53,172 nt of DNA, from assembly GCA_021787935.1 (NCBI GenBank), contig JAJYLC010000004.1, positions 1 to 53,172 on the forward strand, given 5' to 3'. Origin of the DNA: Chloroflexota bacterium. Lineage in GTDB: Bacteria; Chloroflexota; Dehalococcoidia; SZUA-161. Shown piece after piece: positions 9,037 through 18,033 of this stretch. The notes beneath the pieces were generated by a model. It was not told the origin of the DNA and did no database searches. It saw only the letters and a program-made list of their open reading frames with translations. Made by a program: the position numbers and the translations under genes. Numbering within the stretch: the stretch's first letter is position 1; the number at the start of each line of letters is the position of its first letter.

Positions 9037-9954
9037 ATGCCGGCGAAGGTTAAGAAGTTAACCAATCCCAAGGCTATCGACATGGAGTGCCTGATGAGCA
9101 CTAAGGAAGGAGCGGTCAGCAGAGACCCCGGGATGATTGAGATGCTGGCCGCCTATTTCAAAACAATGGGGCTGCGCATAAAAACCGAGGACGAGCAGGC
9201 CCAAGACTGGAGAGACGCAGGCGTCCAGGTGGTGATTATGAGCCAGGCGCACAAACTGCTCGGCTTCACCGAATGGTCCCAGGTTGTGGAGAGGCATAAC
9301 TACATAGGTCAGCTTAAGAAGGATTACCCCGACGTAATTCTGGGTTTCTGGGTCGGCATCTCCATCGCCGACTTCAGTATCTGGAAAGCCCTGAAAGAAG
9401 TCGAGCGATGTATCAAAGACCTGGGCAGCTTCGGCGTTTTCGTCACCGGAATGTACGGAATCCCTGCCAACGACAAGATGTGGTGGCCCTTCTACGACCT
9501 GTGCCAGGATGCCGGCGTGCCTATCAAGATTTCAGTCGGTGCAACCGCCGGCGGTGCCGGACAGGGCGGCGGCTCGGTAGGCGGTGTGGGCATAAAGCTT
9601 TCAACTGAGAAACCTATACCCAACATAGACGATGTCGCTGCTTCCTTCCCCAACCTGACCATAATCGGGCACCATTATCCCTTTCCCTGGGTCGATGAGA
9701 TGACGGCAGTTATGATTCACAAAAACAACGTGTACTGCGAGGTGCACGGCTGGCGTCCCAAGTATTTCCATGATAACTTCAGGAGAGAATTAAACACCCG
9801 TATCAGGAACAAGATTATGTTCGGCTCCGACTATCCCTTCTTCCCCTATGCCACGCTGTTTGAAGACTGGGAGGCGAGTAATTACAAGCCCGAGGTTCTG
9901 CAGAACGTATACCTCAATACGGCTCGCAAGCTGCTGGGACTGGAAGGCAAATAG
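9037..9954 (+). CDS. Amidohydrolase_2 family protein, CouO-like (beta-ketoacyl-CoA hydrolase-like)
   Basis: Gly-rich GAGQGGG..GIKL loop, IDDVAASFPNL, PWVDE, HKNNVY, GWRPKYF, FGSDYP. Confidence 0.75.
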   Translation: MPAKVKKLTNPKAIDMECLMSTKEGAVSRDPGMIEMLAAYFKTMGLRIKTEDEQAQDWRDAGVQVVIMSQAHKLLGFTEWSQVVERHNYIGQLKKDYPDVILGFWVGISIADFSIWKALKEVERCIKDLGSFGVFVTGMYGIPANDKMWWPFYDLCQDAGVPIKISVGATAGGAGQGGGSVGGVGIKLSTEKPIPNIDDVAASFPNLTIIGHHYPFPWVDEMTAVMIHKNNVYCEVHGWRPKYFHDNFRRELNTRIRNKIMFGSDYPFFPYATLFEDWEASNYKPEVLQNVYLNTARKLLGLEGK

Positions 9955-9971
9955 CATTTGGGAATATAATA

Positions 9972-10019
9972 ATTGGGTAGGGCGGAGTCCATCCCCGGAA
10001 GGACTTCAGCCTACCCAAT
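9972..10019. repeat. GTAG-type REP-like hairpin
   Basis: ATTGGGTAGG...CCTACCCAAT outer stem with inner AGTCC/GGACT stem. Confidence 0.7.
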
Positions 10020-10045
10020 GCTCTTGAGAAACGGAGGCTTATCCT

Positions 10046-11218
10046 ATGGATTTCAGCTTTACGCCAGAGCAAGAACGTCTGCGCCTGGAGGTGCGCAAGT
10101 TCCTACAAAAAGAAGTCACCGATGAGATGAAATTAGACTTCAGGTTCGACCGTCCTTACAGCCAGGACACCTGGAAGCTGCTGCGCAAGCTGGGAGAAAG
10201 GGGCTGGCTCTGCCCTCTGTATCCCAAAGAGTGGGGCGGCATGGCTGCCTCTCCACTGGATAACTATGTTGTTCAGGACGAGTTGTCCTATGCCTTTGCC
10301 CCTACTCCATTCGCTGTGATCGGCGCTATGGTGGTAGGGCCAACGCTTCTGATACATGGGAACGAGGCGCAGAAGAAGAAATACCTGCCCATGATAGCCC
10401 GCGGCGAGGTCGAATTCTCTATGGGTTACACCGAGCCCGGCTCAGGCTCGGATCTGGCTTCCCTTTCCCTCAAGGCAGAGGACAAGGGCGATTACTACCT
10501 GCTCAACGGGCAGAAGATGTTCAGCACCAAGGCTGATTTTGCCGACTACGGCTGGGTTGCAGTCAGGACCGACCTGGAGAACCCCAAGAAGCACAAGGGT
10601 ATCTCGCTGCTCATCATAGACCTCAAGAATACCAAAGGCCTGACCATCCGCCCTATTTACAATATGAGCGGCTACCATTCCACCGAGGTTTTTTATGACG
10701 ATGTAAAGGTCCCCAAGGAAAATCTGGTCGGCGACCTGAACCAGGGCTTCTACATCATAGGGGCTGCCTTGCTGTTCGAAAGAGCGGTCACAGTCAGTGG
10801 ATTCCACCGTGCCCTGGAGCTTCTCACAGAGTATGCCAAAACTACCAAACGCAACGGCAAGCCTCTGTCATCCGACCCTCTGGTCAGGCACAAGCTCGCT
10901 GAGATAGAGATGAAGTTCGCCGTGACCAGAGTGCTGTCTTACCGCCTCTCCTGGATGCAGGTTCACAAGATGTTCACCCTGACTGAGGTGGCCATAACCA
11001 AGCTGCTCAGCACCGAGTTGGTGTACGACCTGGCACATGCCGGTATGCAGATACTGGGACACTACGGCGAGCTAGTTCCCGGCTCGAAGTGGGCAGAGCT
11101 TCAGGGGTGGTTTGCCCATATGTACCAGGAGGCGCCGCACTACAAGATAGCCGGCGGCACCTCAGAGATTCAGAGGCAGATTCTCGCCACCCGAACCCTG
11201 GGGCTGCCCCGAGGGTAG
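10046..11218 (+). CDS. Acyl-CoA dehydrogenase, catalytic-type subunit of a heteromeric pair
   Basis: MDFSFT, GYTEPGSGSDLA, NGQKMF, FER (Glu base region), IAGGTSEIQR. Confidence 0.92.
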   Translation: MDFSFTPEQERLRLEVRKFLQKEVTDEMKLDFRFDRPYSQDTWKLLRKLGERGWLCPLYPKEWGGMAASPLDNYVVQDELSYAFAPTPFAVIGAMVVGPTLLIHGNEAQKKKYLPMIARGEVEFSMGYTEPGSGSDLASLSLKAEDKGDYYLLNGQKMFSTKADFADYGWVAVRTDLENPKKHKGISLLIIDLKNTKGLTIRPIYNMSGYHSTEVFYDDVKVPKENLVGDLNQGFYIIGAALLFERAVTVSGFHRALELLTEYAKTTKRNGKPLSSDPLVRHKLAEIEMKFAVTRVLSYRLSWMQVHKMFTLTEVAITKLLSTELVYDLAHAGMQILGHYGELVPGSKWAELQGWFAHMYQEAPHYKIAGGTSEIQRQILATRTLGLPRG

Positions 11219-11268
11219 CCCAATTGCTGACGAAGCCACATCCGAGGATTGAAGGATTGGTTTTGTTC

Positions 11269-12225
11269 ATGGTTAATTTGAGAGATTCATCTTTGAATAA
11301 CTTTGAAGGCAGTAAGAAGACCGGAATCGCAGGCTGCGTATTCAATATAGAGCGGTTCGCTATCCGCGACGGCCCCGGTATCAGAACCACCGTCTTTCTC
11401 AAAGGCTGCCCGCTGAGATGTCTGTGGTGCGCCAACCCGGAATCCATCAGCCCTACACCGCAGCTTTTCTATCTGGAAAATCAGTGCACCAGATGCTACC
11501 GCTGTGTCGAGATATGCCCTAATAAAGCCACAACCAAGTCTGCCGAAGGTGCAATAGTGATCAACCGCAGCCTGTGCAAGGCCTGCGGCAAGTGCGTGGA
11601 GATATGTCCTAACAAGGCCAGACAGATAACTGGCAAGCTGATGACGGCGGATGAGGTGCTGGAGGAAGTCAAGAAGGATGCATTGTTCTACCAGAATTCG
11701 GGCGGCGGCGTCACCTTCTCAGGAGGCGAGCCAACACAGCAGCCCGAATTCCTCTGGCATCTTCTCAAAGGCTCCCAGGATGCCGGCATTCACACCGCCC
11801 TCGATACTACCGGGTTCGTCAAGCCTGACGTCCTGAAAAAGCTCCTGGAGCATACTAATCTGTTGCTTTACGACATCAAGCACATGAACCCGGCAAAGCA
11901 TAAGGAGCTTACCGGCGTCGATAACCGCTTGATTCTGGAGAATGCCAGAATGATTGCCACTATGGGCAAGCCCATGATAATCAGGGTGCCTTTGATACCC
12001 GGCCATAACGATTCCAGGGAAAACATGAAGGCTCTGGCAGAGTTTATGCTCAGCCTGGGACTTAAGAGGGTTGACCTCTTGCCTTACCATTCGCTGGGCA
12101 AGATCAAATACCAGAGACTGGGCACAGAATACAAACTAAGCGACCTCAAACCCTTCGCAGAAGGTGAGGTAGCCAAGATCAAAGCTGACCTTGAGTCCTA
12201 CGGGCTGCAAGTCGGGGTCGGCTAA
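11269..12225 (+). CDS. Glycyl-radical enzyme activating protein (radical SAM with 2x[4Fe-4S] insertion)
   Basis: DGPGIRTTVFLKGCPLRCLWCANPES, two CxxCxxCxxxCP motifs, SGGGVTFSGGEP, LLPYH. Start moved from 11089 to the ATG at 11269 to avoid overlap. Confidence 0.93.
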   Translation: MVNLRDSSLNNFEGSKKTGIAGCVFNIERFAIRDGPGIRTTVFLKGCPLRCLWCANPESISPTPQLFYLENQCTRCYRCVEICPNKATTKSAEGAIVINRSLCKACGKCVEICPNKARQITGKLMTADEVLEEVKKDALFYQNSGGGVTFSGGEPTQQPEFLWHLLKGSQDAGIHTALDTTGFVKPDVLKKLLEHTNLLLYDIKHMNPAKHKELTGVDNRLILENARMIATMGKPMIIRVPLIPGHNDSRENMKALAEFMLSLGLKRVDLLPYHSLGKIKYQRLGTEYKLSDLKPFAEGEVAKIKADLESYGLQVGVG

Positions 12226-12240
12226 CCTTAAGGAGGCAGC

Positions 12241-13371
12241 ATGGATTTCGCCCTCAGCGAACAACAGGAAATGCTTAAGAAAGTGGCCAGCGAGTTCCTG
12301 GCCAAGGAATGTACCAAGAAGCTGGTTCGAGAAATGGAAAAGGACGGAAAGGGGTACTCGCCGGAGCTGTGGCAGAAGATGGCAGACCTGGGCTGGCTGG
12401 GCCTGGTCTACCCCGAGAAATATGGCGGCAGCGGGCTCGCCCTCGTTGATTTCACCACCCTGCTCGAGGAGATGGGCAAGGCTATTGTCCCCGGGCCTTT
12501 CCTATCCACCGTCCTCTGCGGATTGGCAATCCTGAAGTGGGGAACGGAAGCTCAGAAAGCTGACTTACTGCCCCGGATAGCCAAAGGAGACGCGATAATG
12601 TCCCTGGCGCTGACCGAGGTAAGCTCGACCTACGATGCGACTGGGATAAAAGTCAAAGCCGTTGCCGACAGCAATGACTTTATTATCAGCGGCACCAAGC
12701 TCTTCGTCACCTATGCCCATGTTGCCGACTACTTGCTGTGTGTCACCAGAACGAAGGCGAGCAGGAACAAGCGTGATGGCATTACACTTTTCCTGATAGA
12801 TACTAAGAGGCCAGGTATAAGCTGCACCCTTCTCAAGACCTTCACCGGCGACAAGAAGTGCGAGGTCGCTTTCAAAAATGTGCGAGTCCCCAAGGGCAAC
12901 ATACTAGGCAAGCCGGACCAGGGTTGGAATATAGTAGACGAGCTTTTAGGGCTGGCCGCGTTCCTGCAGTGCCCCTGGATGGTAGGCGGCACCCAGCAAG
13001 CCCTGGACATGGCGGTGGCCTACGCCAAGGAAAGGTCCCAGTTCGGGCGAGCTATCGGGAGTTTCCAGGCACTTCAGACCAAGATGGCTAACACAGTCGT
13101 CGATGTTGCCGGAGCCAGGGACTTCACCTACTACACAGCGTGGAAGCTTGACCAGGGTATACCCTGCAAGAAAGACATCTCGATAGCAAAGGCATGGACA
13201 GCCGAAGCCTACCGTAAAGCCTGTGTCGAAGGGATCCAGATACACGGAGGCATTGGCATCACCCAGGACCACGATATGCAGCTCTATTATCGCCGCGCCA
13301 AAGGCATGGAAATCGCCTTCGGCGACGTTGATTTCCACTTGGAGCTGATAGCCCAAGAAATGGGTTTATAA
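12241..13371 (+). CDS. Acyl-CoA dehydrogenase, partner subunit of a heteromeric pair
   Basis: MDFALSEQQ, LALTE, GTKLFV, ERSQFGRAIGSFQA, QIHGGIG, LYYRRAK. Confidence 0.92.
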   Translation: MDFALSEQQEMLKKVASEFLAKECTKKLVREMEKDGKGYSPELWQKMADLGWLGLVYPEKYGGSGLALVDFTTLLEEMGKAIVPGPFLSTVLCGLAILKWGTEAQKADLLPRIAKGDAIMSLALTEVSSTYDATGIKVKAVADSNDFIISGTKLFVTYAHVADYLLCVTRTKASRNKRDGITLFLIDTKRPGISCTLLKTFTGDKKCEVAFKNVRVPKGNILGKPDQGWNIVDELLGLAAFLQCPWMVGGTQQALDMAVAYAKERSQFGRAIGSFQALQTKMANTVVDVAGARDFTYYTAWKLDQGIPCKKDISIAKAWTAEAYRKACVEGIQIHGGIGITQDHDMQLYYRRAKGMEIAFGDVDFHLELIAQEMGL

Positions 13372-13375
13372 CATA

Positions 13376-13401
13376 TATGGGCAATTCATGAATTGCCCAT
13401 A
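13376..13401. repeat. REP-like perfect 26-bp palindrome
   Basis: TATGGGCAATTCATGAATTGCCCATA immediately after the ACAD stop. Confidence 0.85.
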
Positions 13402-13501
13402 CGTAATTATCCGCATAGTTGGGAACGAGGCGCACCTAGGTTCATTAAGACATCTAGAACGAGCTTTCCTTCAGACGTGCCAGTAGGGAGTCTTTTAGAC
13501 C

Positions 13502-14299
13502 CTAACGGCTAGCCGGAGACGGTGCTAATCGTGATGCCGATGTCTCGCGAGGGCGCACTAGCCAGGCTAGCAAGACACCAATCTGATAGAGCGTGATTAT
13601 TGTGCCCGCCACCACTATCTGGTCGAAAGGATTGGGTGATGGGTCGAAAATGGCACCAATCACAAAGGATAAAACGATCATCCACTTCTGAAACCGCATG
13701 AAGCCTTTATAGGAAATGACCCTGAGCTTGGCCAGCAGGTACATCACTAGAGGCGTCTCGAAGGCGAGCCCAATGCCGGCGAGTAGGATGATCAGCAGGT
13801 TCAGGTAGTCGGAAATACGTATCATCGGCGTCACCAGGCCATTCCCGTACGTGAGCAGGAACTTGAACATAATGGGCAATACCAGGAAATAGCCCATGGC
13901 TACGCCGCCAGCAAACAGCAGAATGGTGATGGGCATTACAAGCAACATCAATGCCTGGGTCTTAGCGCTTACTGCGGGCGCAACGAACATTATTATCTGG
14001 TAAACGAGAAACGGCAGCGCAAGCACAAGGCCGGCCATAATCGCAACTGTGATAGTCGCACCCATGAATTCGGTGGGGCTGGTGACGATAGGAGTTGTGT
14101 TAGGTGAGAGCAATCCGTGAGCAGGCGCCAGGAGTAGCTTGAATATCGGATGGTAGAACACAATGGCCAGTACAAATCCAGCCATGCCCACCACAGCCAC
14201 CCACCAGAGCCTGCGGCGAAGCTCCTGGAGATGGGCGAATATGGACATCGGCCGGTCCCTGCTCCCCTTAGCATCCTTTTTTGTTATATGACCACTCAT
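13502..14299 (-). CDS. tatC: Twin-arginine translocase subunit TatC
   Basis: MSIFAHLQELRRRL, SPTE, YQIIMFVAP, GLAFETP, six TM helices. Confidence 0.92.
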   Translation of the reverse strand: MSGHITKKDAKGSRDRPMSIFAHLQELRRRLWWVAVVGMAGFVLAIVFYHPIFKLLLAPAHGLLSPNTTPIVTSPTEFMGATITVAIMAGLVLALPFLVYQIIMFVAPAVSAKTQALMLLVMPITILLFAGGVAMGYFLVLPIMFKFLLTYGNGLVTPMIRISDYLNLLIILLAGIGLAFETPLVMYLLAKLRVISYKGFMRFQKWMIVLSFVIGAIFDPSPNPFDQIVVAGTIITLYQIGVLLAWLVRPRETSASRLAPSPASR

Positions 14300-14677
14300 A
14301 GGACAAGCTCGCTACGCATTAGGATTTTGCTCTGAAATGCAGGCATATCCCTGTGACTATCCGCTATTAATTTAGGACTTTTGATTTTGCTTGAGCGGGG
14401 GTTCCCCATATCAACTCGAGTGAGCACACCTCTTTGATCTCGAATTAATGGTATACTGAGCACATTCGGTTGTCAAGCTCGTGCACTCGTCCCAGTACTT
14501 TAGCTGACAGCATTATTCCTTTTCTTTCGGTTTTCTCAAAGCGCACAAAAAACTTCTGTGATGTTATAATCCCGGGGATTAATGCGGTGGAGAGATTGAA
14601 TACTGAAGGCATTGACAGACAGTAAGCAGGAGCCTATCATCAGACATTGAGTGTCTTGAGGAAGGTAATACCGTGTA

Positions 14678-15295
14678 ATGCCACCGCTTGCAGGATGGAC
14701 GCTATGGATAACAGGGTTTGTGGGCAAAGTCCCCGCACTCGACCACTTGATGCGGTTACTTGTCAACGACTTCTTCATCCTCTTAGTCATATGCCTCATT
14801 ATGCTCGGACTGTGGATTGGCCACCCTGATCGTTCTAAGAGGGAACAACTTCAGAGAGCCGTTATGAATGCGGCTGTCGCATTAGGGATAGCTGCACTGA
14901 TTGTAAAAATAATGAACGTGACTATTCCCGATCTTTGGCCGCGGCCTTTTCAAGTCAATGATTCCGTTATCAGAGAGAGCGCTATACGCGCTACTGAAAG
15001 CATTTTCTATTTCCCCCATGATCCCTCATTCCCGTGCAAACCTACTGCAGTGGCATTTGCGGTGGCCACCGGGGTATGGCTTGGCAATCGCAAGGCGGGG
15101 GTTGTCCTTTACGTATTAGGTACACTCTGGGGCTTGGCCAGGTTCTATGCCGGGACCCAGTTCTTTGTAGACATAGTCGGTGGCGCTGCTATTGGCGTAC
15201 TCACAGGACTCTTTATCAGCAAGGTCTTCATGCCACGTGTGGAACCCTTTCCTACATGGGCTTTAAAGCTGGCGAGATTATTGTATATTGCTTGA
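14678..15295 (+). CDS. PAP2-superfamily membrane protein (undecaprenyl-diphosphatase-like, degenerate active site)
   Basis: RPF, DPSFP and AR...D..GG motifs in PAP2 spacing, but PSGH is PCKP and the C3 His is Gln. Confidence 0.75.
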   Translation: MPPLAGWTLWITGFVGKVPALDHLMRLLVNDFFILLVICLIMLGLWIGHPDRSKREQLQRAVMNAAVALGIAALIVKIMNVTIPDLWPRPFQVNDSVIRESAIRATESIFYFPHDPSFPCKPTAVAFAVATGVWLGNRKAGVVLYVLGTLWGLARFYAGTQFFVDIVGGAAIGVLTGLFISKVFMPRVEPFPTWALKLARLLYIA

Positions 15296-15298
15296 GGC

Positions 15299-15367
15299 AA
15301 GGCGCTGGAAATCGCCTTCAGCGATGTCGATTACCACCTGGAACTGGTAGCCCAGGAAATGGGGCTA
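15299..15367 (+). pseudogene. 3'-terminal remnant of an acyl-CoA dehydrogenase partner subunit
   Basis: Translates KALEIAFSDVDYHLELVAQEMGL versus KGMEIAFGDVDFHLELIAQEMGL at the end of 12241-13371. Confidence 0.85.
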
Positions 15368-15537
15368 TCTATAAAGGGCTGATTCCAGCCGTCCATGGTG
15401 AACGCTGCCCTGGTCCGGAAAGGCCTAATATGTCATTCCTGCCTTGAGCAGGAATCCAGGTGCCCCTAAACCTTCAGACCCTCTCAAACACAATCCACAG
15501 CAACATAACGCCAGCACTCAGAATTTGATTGTAAAAT

Positions 15538-15562
15538 GTAGGGGCGTTCAATTGAACGCCCC
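15538..15562. repeat. GTAG-type REP hairpin
   Basis: GTAGGGGCGTTCAATTGAACGCCCC. Confidence 0.8.
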
Positions 15563-15609
15563 AATATCATTCAACCCGTTTTGGGAACCGGTCTTAACCT
15601 TCTTTAACC

Positions 15610-16407
15610 TTACTCCATCTTGCGGCTTTCACCTACCAATAGGTCAAGAGTCCCCTTAGTAACTACCCCGGCTCTGTATTCTTTAACCTTCAACTTGCGC
15701 AGAGCTGTTAGTATTTGACTATTATATAAAGTACTACCCCAGTCGGTTTTGAAAAAAGTATGTTTGCACTCACCCATCCACGCCTGTGATACAGTAGCTC
15801 TGGCAGGTATCATAGTAGGGAAGCTCACCTCGCAACCTCTCCAGTTCGCTTTCGGTATATACTTCCACCCCATCCACGGGTTTTCGTTGCCGATATTCTC
15901 GATTTGCTTACGAGTCGCATCATCGACAAGAGCTGCGTTCTTAATCTCGCCCTCGATCAGCTTAGTCCCGTATAAAGAGCAATAAAAACGCCAGTTATCC
16001 CCCTCCTTTTGAGGATTAGGTATATCGGCGTAGAGCTTTGGAGCTCCCAGTAACTCTCGACCCGTAATTATGGGAATCGTATCGTTCTCCCATAACACGG
16101 CAGCATAAGCGCCGATAAATTTGTCCTTCTTTCCTTTGAAAGCTGCCGCTAGATTCACGCCAACAACGTTATAGCCCCGGCCTGCCAGAAAGTCCACTTC
16201 ACGAAATACCTGGCAATACACTGTTACAATAGGTTCGTCAGCAGGCGCATAGGGCTCCGGTAAATATGCCGAAAGGGCGTCTATATCAGTGAGATAAAGA
16301 ATAATCAATTGTGTTACATCGCCATAATGGCATGCCTGCTGGCTGCTCAGCGGACCGAAATTTGTTGGCATAAAATATCCGGTTTTTGCTTTAAACCTGT
16401 ACGGCAT
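15610..16407 (-). CDS. Acetoacetate decarboxylase family protein
   Basis: MPTNFGP, LPEPY, FLAGRGYN, GRELLGAPK (Schiff-base Lys motif). Confidence 0.85.
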   Translation of the reverse strand: MPYRFKAKTGYFMPTNFGPLSSQQACHYGDVTQLIILYLTDIDALSAYLPEPYAPADEPIVTVYCQVFREVDFLAGRGYNVVGVNLAAAFKGKKDKFIGAYAAVLWENDTIPIITGRELLGAPKLYADIPNPQKEGDNWRFYCSLYGTKLIEGEIKNAALVDDATRKQIENIGNENPWMGWKYIPKANWRGCEVSFPTMIPARATVSQAWMGECKHTFFKTDWGSTLYNSQILTALRKLKVKEYRAGVVTKGTLDLLVGESRKME

Positions 16408-16435
16408 GACATACTCCTCTATTTTATTTATTTCA

Positions 16436-17206
16436 TTAAACCTTCAGCTTCATCCCCTCCTGTCCTACCGTAATCTTAATTCCCAATTCTTTCGCCAACT
16501 CTGCTGTCTGTTCTCTGATCTGGTTTTCAAACAGGGGAGCTACGTGGATAACCAATACCGGCGGGAGATAGCCCTTCACCTTCTTAAACTGGGCCAGCTC
16601 TTTACCGAGCAGCCGTGGGGTAAGATGTCCGGCAGGGATGGCATGTTCCTCCAGCTCGTTGGGCATGGTCAAATCTATGATGAGCAACTGCGGCGATATA
16701 TGTTCCCAACAGGAGGATAACCCCGGCCCCGTATCCCCGCTGAAGAAAAAACTCCGCCCATCTTTAGAACTAATCTGGTAGCCCACCGCCGGGGCAGCAT
16801 GTTTGACGGGCAGCGCCAGCACTGTGTAGCCATCTATATTAGTAGCTTTGTTCAGCTCTAATCTATGAAACTTAAGAGATGGTTTCGCTGTCGGTCTTTT
16901 GGTGAAATCGGGATATATAACATCGTTGAGCACATTATTCAATATTGCGTCCAGCGTGCTTGCCTGAGAATATACATTGACAGTCTTCCTGACATAGGAG
17001 AAATTCAAGGCTACAGCAGCTACATCCCTTACATGGTCGTAATGGCAGTGGGTGAGTAGAATGGAGTTCACTTTTTCCTGCTCGGCAAAGGAGAGGCTGG
17101 AGGTAAGGGCACCGGCATCCACGGCAAGTACATCGTCCACTAGCAGAGATGTAAGCCTGGTTTCGACCGATTCAACATTGTGCGCCCCTAAAATCCTTAT
17201 CTCCAT
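16436..17206 (-). CDS. MBL-fold metallo-hydrolase (class II cNMP phosphodiesterase-like)
   Basis: Start MEIRILGAH at 17206 after a GGAGG SD; VDAG, THCHYDH, SGDTGP, GHLTP. Confidence 0.85.
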   Translation of the reverse strand: MEIRILGAHNVESVETRLTSLLVDDVLAVDAGALTSSLSFAEQEKVNSILLTHCHYDHVRDVAAVALNFSYVRKTVNVYSQASTLDAILNNVLNDVIYPDFTKRPTAKPSLKFHRLELNKATNIDGYTVLALPVKHAAPAVGYQISSKDGRSFFFSGDTGPGLSSCWEHISPQLLIIDLTMPNELEEHAIPAGHLTPRLLGKELAQFKKVKGYLPPVLVIHVAPLFENQIREQTAELAKELGIKITVGQEGMKLKV

Positions 17207-17226
17207 TTTCCCTCCTAAAGCTTCCT

Positions 17227-17302
17227 CCCGTTCGTGGTGAGCTTGTCGAACCATGAACGGGACTGATAGAACCTCACCCTTCGACAGGCTCAGGGCGAAC
17301 GG
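17227..17302. repeat. REP-like palindromic pair, same family as 8908-8981
   Basis: CCCGTTCGTGGTGAGCTTGTCGAACCATGAACGGG and CCTTCGACAGGCTCAGGGCGAACGG. Confidence 0.85.
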
Positions 17303-17316
17303 TAAATTACCTAACC

Positions 17317-18015
17317 TCACCGAGTAACCAGAAACGGATTGAAGTTGGTACCGTGGTCGTAGGTATCGACGCCCTCTTTTCTCTTCAGGAAGTTGACCAC
17401 CATATAAGTGAAGGGAGTAGCCACCACCTCGTAGCCGGTTTTCACCAGCCAGTGGGTCAGGATTATGCCGACAATTAGAGGCCATGACAGCGTGCCCCCG
17501 AAGGCTATAATAATAAACACTGTAGCATCCAACCCCTGGCCGACCAGGGTTGAGCCGATAGTCCTGCTCCACAAGAAGCGCCCCTTGGTCATAATCTTCA
17601 TCTTGGCCAGCACAAATGAGTTGGCGAACTCCCCGACAAGGTAGGCTGAGAATGAAGCCATCAGAAGCCGAGGGGTATAACCCAGGATGCGTTCATAAGC
17701 ATTCTGGACACCGGAATCAAGCGCAGGTATCCGCCCAGCTACCCAGAAAGCAAACACTGCGATAAGGTTGCACAGGAAGCCCAGCCAGATTACCTTGCGT
17801 GCCTGGCGGTACCCGTAGACCTCGGTGAGTATATCTCCGAATATGTAACTTATCGGGAAAATAACAATAGCTGCAGGAATCGGTCCCGGAAACTGAAACC
17901 CGCCATGCCTGATGGGCTGAATGCCCAGCGTTATCAGCTTAACAGCGATGATATTCGCTGTAATCAGACAGGTTATGAAAAGAGCCGCGATAACTAAAAA
18001 CCGCTGCGAAATCAT
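17317..18015 (-). CDS. yhhQ: Queuosine precursor transporter (YhhQ/VUT family)
   Basis: ANIIAVK, FPISYIFGDILTEVYG, RLLMASFSAYLVGEF, RTIGSTLVGQGLD. Confidence 0.9.
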   Translation of the reverse strand: MISQRFLVIAALFITCLITANIIAVKLITLGIQPIRHGGFQFPGPIPAAIVIFPISYIFGDILTEVYGYRQARKVIWLGFLCNLIAVFAFWVAGRIPALDSGVQNAYERILGYTPRLLMASFSAYLVGEFANSFVLAKMKIMTKGRFLWSRTIGSTLVGQGLDATVFIIIAFGGTLSWPLIVGIILTHWLVKTGYEVVATPFTYMVVNFLKRKEGVDTYDHGTNFNPFLVTR

Positions 18016-18033
18016 CTTGATAGCTTGACCCCA

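Noticed and set aside
11089-11268. N-terminal extension of the GRE activase in the ORF track
   Set aside because: Overlaps the upstream ACAD by 130 bp; family similarity begins only after ATG 11269.
14354-14378. TGACTATCCGCT(A)TTAAT..AGGAC resembling 51204-51226 next to the MITE copy
   Set aside because: Short, gapped and only two copies; cannot be distinguished from chance without a genome-wide search.
17207-17572. 122-aa N-terminal extension of the MBL hydrolase
   Set aside because: Runs through a REP element and overlaps yhhQ; a good SD precedes ATG 17206.
18016-18033. preQ1 riboswitch upstream of yhhQ
   Set aside because: Only 18 bp of intergenic sequence and no aptamer motif.
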